Origin: Octopus vulgaris
Lineage: Eukaryota
Assembly (NCBI GenBank): GCA_951406725.2
Contig: OX597834.1
Coordinates: forward strand, 1,364,001 to 1,428,000
Length of the DNA: 64,000 bases
Direction: 5' to 3'
A program made the position numbers and the translations under genes. Shown one piece after another: positions 56,391 to 64,000 of this stretch (positions are counted from its first letter, which is position 1; each line of letters begins with the position of its first letter). The notes under the pieces were generated by a model. The model ran no database searches and was not told the DNA's origin. It saw nothing but the letters and a program-made list of their open reading frames with translations.

Positions 56391-56831
56391 AACGTAAAGT
56401 GTACTAGCCATCTGAATGTGGATAGCCACTGGGGGGGGGGGGTTACTGAAGCTTTTAGCCCCAGGAGATCGTCGTCTCCAGCTGGCTTTAGACACACTTT
56501 CTGTGCCTTCTGATATTTGCAAAGGGAGGTCATCCCCGCTCGAAAACCTAAGTGATACATACGGACTATAGTTTCGAGTTATTTGCCTCTTGTCAACGTA
56601 CGGTAATCACCGGTGTTTACCGTACGTTTACGAGAGGCAAATAACTCGAAACTATAGTCCGTATGTATCACTTAGGTTTTCGAGAGGGGATGACCTCCCT
56701 TTGCAAATATCAGAAGGCACAGAAAGTGTGTCTAAAGCCAGCTGGAGACGACGATCTCCTGGGGCTAAAAGCTTCAGTAACACCCACCCCCACTGGCTAG
56801 CCACATTCAGATGGCTAGTACACTTTACGTT
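56391..56831. repeat. ~440-bp spacerless palindrome containing two diverging hammerhead-like motifs
   Basis: ~220-bp arms centred on CACCGGTG (56608-56615), few mismatches; (TA)n context. Confidence 0.95.
56621..56665 (+). ncRNA. Hammerhead-like motif with mutated core (mirror copy at 56558-56602, minus strand)
   Basis: CGTACG-TTTACGA-GAG gcaaataa CTC-GAAAC-TATA-GTC-CGTATG; the other arm has core TTGACAA. Confidence 0.6.
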
Positions 56832-57095
56832 ATATATATATATATCTAATTATGTGCGTGCGTGTTCGTGTGTTTACACGCGTAAATACGCAGATTATAC
56901 TGCCATGCATACAAAGACACATACATATATACAACATATAAACGAAACACACGTGTGCTCAAGTATACACTGACACATAAACACACACATATACACACAT
57001 AATCATAGATACATAAATATCTATACACACACACACACACACATATATGTACGTATGTATGTATGTATATATGTATGCATGTATAAATGCATATG

Positions 57096-57130
<35 letters not shown>

Positions 57131-57445
57131 GCGTATATAAACATGCACACACAGAGTCAGAGAGTCAGACAGAGTCAGTGCCATAAAAACATGGCTGTGA
57201 AACGTCAGAGCACTTTTACGTCATGGCTACTGGTTGCCCCTGGCAACAAAATGGTACAACCTCCAGTAACCATGGTTACAGCTAAATGAACATTGAACAT
57301 TACACGGAGAAAACAACATCGACAACAACAACAACAATGAGACTAATAAATAAATCAACGTCACGCTCGGTCTATTAACAATGACTATACTACTCTACTA
57401 CTACTACTACTATTACTGCTGCTGCTGCTACCTTTGCTCCTACTG

Positions 57446-57538
<93 letters not shown>

Positions 57539-57987
57539 GTAATAATAATAAATAGTAGTAATAATATACAATTAAAACTACTACTACTGCCACTACTATT
57601 ACTACTTACAACACTTTTTTGTGAGGAAACCGCCGTGTGATCGATCGACAAGGTAGAAATAGAAGACAACAACTCTCAAAACATGCACCACATTCTGAAG
57701 AAAAGGAAGGATACATTGGATGATGGGGTGGAGCTATATAAATGGACGGAATACTCAACCACTACTACTACTAACAACACCATCACCATCAACACTATAG
57801 AGATATGTGTCTACACGTGTGTGTGTGTGCACGTATGTAAGCATGTGGATATGAGCATATATGTATGAGTGTGTATATGTGTGTATGCATATATATACAC
57901 GTACACACACACATACACATATATATATATATATGTATGTATGTATTTATGTATGTATGTATGTATGTATGTATGTATGTAGGTACG

Positions 57988-58196
57988 TACGAGGGGTGCT
58001 GAAAAGTTTTAGGGTATCGCAAAAGGCCTGGATTCAGGCCCAACCTTCCGAGTTCAGGCTTGGGAAAACTGAAGGACCAATGCAATAGGTGTGTGAATCT
58101 GAGAGGGAGAATATGTTGAATAAAATCATAATTAACTGATCCTCTTGTATTTTCTTTTACCCAAAACTAGAAATTTTTCAGCCGCCCACCTTCCTA
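57988..58196. mobile_element. Mariner-type MITE
   Basis: TACGAGGGGTGCTGAAAAGTTT at left; degenerate inverted AAATTTTTCAGCCGCCCACCTTCCTA at right. Confidence 0.6.
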
Positions 58197-58261
58197 TGTA
58201 TGCATGTTTGTGTATATGTATATTTATATGTATGGATGCACGTTTGTCAAAGATAGATAGA

Positions 58262-58454
<193 letters not shown>

Positions 58455-58477
58455 GTAGTTAGATAGATAGACTGATG

Positions 58478-58572
<95 letters not shown>

Positions 58573-59669
58573 CCGTGTATGCAAGCATACATACATTCAT
58601 GCCTGCATGCATACATCAAAGAACATTTATAGCGAATTTATGCGAAAAAGGGAACATTTATGGAGAGTTAATGCGGAATTTAAGCGAAGCGTTCATTTGT
58701 ACAAGTCATCGTAGCTGTATTTCGCCATGTATCTACAGATTCACACAAAAACCTAGAAATACTAGGAAAGAGCAAAAGAAACCGACTTAGATTCTCCAGA
58801 CCCAATCAACTGGTGGCACTGTGAAGATTCGTAAGACATTCCCAAGATTCAGTGTATGAGATTCTTTAGATGAATAGATGCATACGGTTTGGGAGCATGC
58901 ACCGACAGTTCAACCAATGCAGTATCTCAACCTCGTATTTTCTAAACACCGGGATCCCTCTAAAATCAAAATGTCTCGTCGCTCTGAAAGAGACCGGCTT
59001 GAATTCTCTCCAAAAGAAATGAAATAGAACGCGAAAACACACTGCACACGTACACGTACATATGCACACACACACACACACAAACACACACATACACACA
59101 CACACATACACACACACACATACACACAAATGTATATAGATAGAAACAGTATTAACACCGAAATGTCATATTTATCCTCACTTAAAACTGGATGTTGTGT
59201 TGGAATACAGAATACTGCGATAGGTGCCACGAGAGAAACACTTGCAGCGGGGGTTTTGATGCATAGAATCAGTAGTGGTTATAATACTGAAGGGAGAGAG
59301 TGATCTGCTGCGGCTGCTGGACACTGCCAGGTCGTGTGATTTGGCTATTCGTCAGACTTCTCAATGACAGACGTCCAGCTAGACATAGCAGCCGAATCTC
59401 CAGTCAGGGATACTTAGAATCTGAGTAACTATTCAGGCACGGTTGCCGCAAATAGACAGTGGGATCATAAAGAAGTAATTAATAGCGACATGTGTGCGCC
59501 CGCGTGGCGCTTATATATATATATTATAACAAATTAATAAATATATATGCATATATACATACATATATGTACGTACCTACATCTACATGTATATATACAT
59601 GCATATATGGGTACAGGACACCAAAAAAACGTCGAACACAATGAGAAATGAAAACATATATATATATAT

Positions 59670-59936
59670 ATAGAATGGTTGTATACTGTCAATCTAACAC
59701 GAACGTGACAGTAGGGGGGTACACCACCGCTGCATAGCCCTAGGACGCATCGTCGCCTCCTGATGGCTTTGACACATTTTTCCCTGTGTCCTTATATACA
59801 TTTACGAAGGGGAAGGACTCAGGGAAAAATGTGTCAAAGCCATCAGGAGGCGTCGATGCTTCCTAGGGCTATACAGCGGTGGTGTACCCCCCTACTGTCA
59901 CGTTCGTGTTAGATTGACAGTATACAACCATTCTAT
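59670..59936. repeat. Fold-back element, ~124-bp arms, ~19-nt spacer
   Basis: 59670-59793 is the reverse complement of 59813-59936 with 4 mismatches; (TA)n context. Confidence 0.95.
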
Positions 59937-59986
59937 CGCCCCACCACTGTACATGTCTCTACGAGAGATTTAGAAATTTAGTATTT

Positions 59987-60047
<61 letters not shown>

Positions 60048-60091
60048 AGAGAGAGAAAGAGAGAGAAGAGAGAGAGGGGGGAGAGAGAGAG

Positions 60092-60474
60092 TAGTACAAC
60101 AAGGCACCAATGTTTACTGGAATAGCGATAGTAAAGCTTCACTGTATATAAAGAAGTGTGAGGGCAGCGAACATAAAAAAATCCGTCTTACCTCTCGGAA
60201 GAACATTAGATAAATGGACAAACCCGAATCGGATAATCTAGGACCTAGGTTTCGAACTCTTCAAATACGCTTGTTATCGTAAATTTGATTAGTCTTCTTC
60301 AGCTAGATTTACCTGGATAATATTTCAAATGTTGTTACATCAATGCCAGTCTACTCGCCTGAACGTCCAACCGTTAACAGAACCGAGAACAGTGAAAAAG
60401 TTTCCAATGAAAAATTAATTATTGCGAAACAAATGTATCACTTTCCAGTCAAATAAAGCACCGTAAACGTAGGA

Positions 60475-60478
<4 letters not shown>
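60092..60478 (-). mobile_element. Diverged relative of the 4829-5254 element
   Basis: Shares GTCTTACCTCT.GGAAGAACAT, CGGATAAT, ATATTTCAAATGTTG..ACATC.ATGCCAGT and CGTTAACAGAAC.GAGAACAGTGAA. Confidence 0.8.
60236..60308 (-). ncRNA. Minimal type I hammerhead ribozyme
   Basis: Minus strand reads ATCTAG-CTGAAGA-...-GAAAC-CTAG-GTC-CTAGAT; stem I covaries with 5016-5087; palindromic ACCTAGGT stem III; GUC site. Confidence 0.85.
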
Positions 60479-60529
<51 letters not shown>

Positions 60530-60536
<7 letters not shown>

Positions 60537-61039
60537 CTGTAGTTGTGTGAGTGTCTGTCCCCTTCGATTTAGATTCCTAACTACTCTCACATTTTGCGGT
60601 GCAGTTTAACCAAATTCGGGTATCTTATAGTCGTGATTCATATCGAGCCCGTCTGGCTATTAGCGCGCGTCTACGATGAGTCTACGATTTTAAAAATAAT
60701 TTAACATCATTTTTTATTCTATTTTAATGCATAATTTTTCGTGTGTCGATGGCGGCGGAGTTGGTGTCCACGCTCAAACACCTGCACCTGTGTTTGCTTC
60801 TCCCCCTTCTTCCCTCCCTCGTGAAGCTGTGGGGAAGGGAGTGTAAGGAAATCAACGTCGTAAAGGGTTGTCAAGGAGACCAGCGTTCTTTTAGAACAAC
60901 GACTTCATGGCTTGAAAACACCAAAACAGAAATGGCTAAGAAAGCCCGAATTGGCATCTATAAGGGAAGTAACTCTCTAAAAATGCTTATATAGTTATTT
61001 CCCTTACAAACCCGAGCAACGCCGGGCGATACTGCTAGT
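60530..61039 (+). mobile_element. Non-autonomous Helitron
   Basis: 3' hairpin CCCG-AGCAACGC-CGGG (61011-61026) then CTAG (61035-61038) followed by T; 5' end merges into (TA)n with a GTGTCTGTC motif. Confidence 0.7.
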
Positions 61040-61061
61040 ATATATATATATAAAGTGTATG

Positions 61062-61200
61062 TACGTGGCTTAGTGGTTAGGACGTTGGACTCACGGTCGT
61101 AAGATTGTGGTTTCGATTCCTGGACTGGGTGACACGATGTGTTCTTGAACAAAACAATTCATTTCACTTTGCTCCAGTCCACTCGTCTGGCAAAAAGAGT
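61062..61200 (+). mobile_element. SINE 5' portion (family of 45354-45690)
   Basis: TGGCTTAGTGG A box, GTTTCGATTCC B box, GTGTTCTTGAACAAAAC...ATTTCAC.TTGCTCCAGT. Confidence 0.8.
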
Positions 61201-61967
61201 TAATATTGACATACACAATCAATAAGGTTTTCGTATTTATGAAGGGCAACAAATATAAATAAACGAAAGAATTTAATACATAATAAAGTGTAAAATATGA
61301 ATTGATTTTAAAACAGGGGGGAGGGGCGTAACTTGGGAATCGGGGAGTCTATCCGGGTGAAGCTGCTACTTTTCCGCAGTGTGAGTTCGCAACACCGAAA
61401 TTATGGACGAGTGGTCACAGAAGAATTGTAAGACGGGTTCTTCAAGCCAACCAACCGATAGGAGATCTAGGAGTAGACCAGAGACGGTCACGGTTCGTCA
61501 CACTTGGGAATCTGGATGGAACGTGTAATGGAGGTTGCTTCTGATAGGGTCCCATGGAAAGATACCTAAGACCTCCTCGCCAATGAGCCGCCCATGAATT
61601 TTGAGCGGAGGGAATGGATGGGTAGATGGGTGCATGGACGGACGGACGGACGGACGGACGGACGAACTGCGCTTTCGAAGATTAGTGAAGGAAAGTACCA
61701 GAAACAGTTCATTGATTTCTTGCATAAACATTCCTTCGTTTCTCTTCGAAGTCACAGTCAATTCTTTTAAACAGGCGAATATAGATACGTTTGTGTGTGT
61801 GTGTGAGTGTTTGTGTGTATGTATGTATTTATACATATACAAATATATGTATTTTTATATACATACACACATATGTATGTGTATATATGTATATGTATAT
61901 ATAAAATATGTTCTTGTGTGTGTATGTGTGTGTGTGCGTGTGTGTGTGTCTGTGTGTGTGTGTGTGT

Positions 61968-62013
<46 letters not shown>

Positions 62014-62144
62014 GTGCGCGCGCGTCTATTTCCACCGATGCCGACTCCACTGAATGAGAAAATTAAGACGAAGTAAATTTCAATGAAATTCTAATAGAAA
62101 CCATCAACCGTAACAAATGTTAATTGGATGCTAATTAGCGTTTT

Positions 62145-62192
<48 letters not shown>

Positions 62193-62412
62193 TGTGTGTG
62201 TGTGTTCTTGTTATTTTTTGTATGTTTGTTTAGATTGTTTTTGTTGTTGCTGCTGTTGATGCTGTTGATGCAGCGAGGCGGAGTGTAATTCTTTGCATGG
62301 CAGAATTCATTCCCGCCTTAGTGTGTATGTGTGTGCGCGCGTATGTGTGTGTGCTTGAATGTTGATATATGTGCGTGTGTTTGAATGTTTATATATATAT
62401 ATATATATATAC

Positions 62413-62475
<63 letters not shown>

Positions 62476-62566
62476 TGTACGTGTGTCTGTAAGTGTGGGT
62501 ATGTAATTTTCGTAGCAGACAATATATTCATCACGACGGTATATCATCATCGCCACCACCACCTTC

Positions 62567-62610
<44 letters not shown>

Positions 62611-62699
62611 CCAGATTCGTCATCTGCATCATCTCTGTCATCATTACCAGCATTAGTATATTATCAGCAGAATCATTATCGCCATCATTATCGTCGTTA

Positions 62700-62900
62700 T
62701 CATCACCACCACCACCATCCCCGTCATCACCACCACCACCATCCCCATCATCCTCACCACCACCACCATCCCCGTCATCCTCACCACCACCACCATCCCC
62801 GTCATCCTCACCACCACCTCCATCCCCGTCATCATCAACACCACCTCCATCCCCGTCATCATCACCACCACCACCATCCCCGTCATCATCACCACCACCA
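62700..62900. repeat. ~24-bp minisatellite CACCACCACCACCATCCCCGTCAT, ~8 copies
   Basis: Directly visible. Confidence 0.92.
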
Positions 62901-63303
62901 CCTTTGTCTCGATTCTTTTCTTCCATTTCTTTTATGAAATCAAAATTGAAAAAATATGGAATAAAACAAAATAAAATAAAATATAATATGGAGTAGGATT
63001 CCTAGGCAACCGAATGAAAACAGCTGAAAGTATTTCTATAGGAGGACGAGTGGACAGGTCAGTGCAATCACCTGAGCAAACATACACGCATACATACATA
63101 CACACACACACAAATACATACACGCATACATACACAAATACATACACGCATACATACATACAAACGCACATACATACATGCACACATACATACACACACA
63201 CATACTTACACACATACATACATACACACGCACATACATGCATACATACATACATGATAGATCGTTAACCACTACACACATTTTTTCTCTCCTTGTTTTT
63301 TCT

Positions 63304-63346
63304 GTCCCTTTCTGTAGAAGAGCGTAGGCTCGAAACGTAAAATACT
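63304..63346 (+). ncRNA. Ultra-minimal hammerhead-like motif with variant core
   Basis: TTT-CTGTAGA-a-GAGC gtag GCTC-GAAAC-GTA-AAA; core departs from CUGANGA; stem III reduced to ACGT. Confidence 0.45.
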
Positions 63347-63817
63347 TTTTCTATTCTTGAGCGTTATACTAATACATCTGTTTGTTTTGTACACCACCTG
63401 CCTTCGTCTTTTGTTTTTTTCGTAAACTCTCCCGACATACATACATACATACATACATACATACATACATCGAACGAGAAAGATTCCCCAAGGATTACAA
63501 GGCACTTAATAAAGCTCATCCGTCGATTGTATTGTTAAAGGCATGAAACTTTTTGTAGTAGCTCACATTTAAATACTATGTATATATGAAATAATTTACA
63601 TAGTATTTCACCGCATTGAGTACTTTTCTGTTGATCAACAAAACAGCACACGATGTGTGTGTCGGGTGGGGTGTATTCCATTATATAGCAAGAGAGAGCG
63701 AGACGGAGACAGAGACAGAGAGGGAGATAGACAGATAGACACCTACACCCACCCACACACACACAGATTTAGCGATAGATAAATAGAGAGAGAGGGGAGA
63801 GAGAGAAAGAAAAGGAA

Positions 63818-63920
<103 letters not shown>

Positions 63921-64000
63921 TGTTTAAGCGCCTAGTAGCGTTCGTGATATTCCTTTAAAGTTGACGAAAACTCAACGAATCACGTGATAACAAATTACTC

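Noticed and set aside
59670-59936. Hammerhead or pre-miRNA in the fold-back
   Set aside because: CTGATGG is not followed by a valid core; arms are too long and too perfect for a typical pre-miRNA

Overview
AT-rich, microsatellite-saturated eukaryotic DNA that looks intronic or intergenic. The SINE families and repeat landscape suggest a cephalopod (Octopus-like) genome; this is an inference. No complete host gene is visible, and most ORFs in the track are microsatellite artefacts. Real coding remnants are all transposon-derived: at least four lineages of R4/Dong-type (RT + CCHC + PD-(D/E)xK) non-LTR elements, mostly tied to (TAA)n tracts and including a head-to-tail stack; CR1/L2-group and RTE LINEs (one with a twin-priming 5' inversion and three C2H2 fingers); Tc1/mariner remnants; tRNA-derived SINEs; and a non-autonomous Helitron. 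The most notable signal is a set of short non-coding elements in (TA)n tracts with Penelope-type inverted/direct repeat architecture. They carry minimal type I hammerhead ribozymes with palindromic stem III. Four have intact cores (two homologous copies show stem covariation), and several are degenerate, including a ~440-bp palindrome with one hammerhead per arm. All structure calls were made by eye and need folding or covariance-model confirmation.
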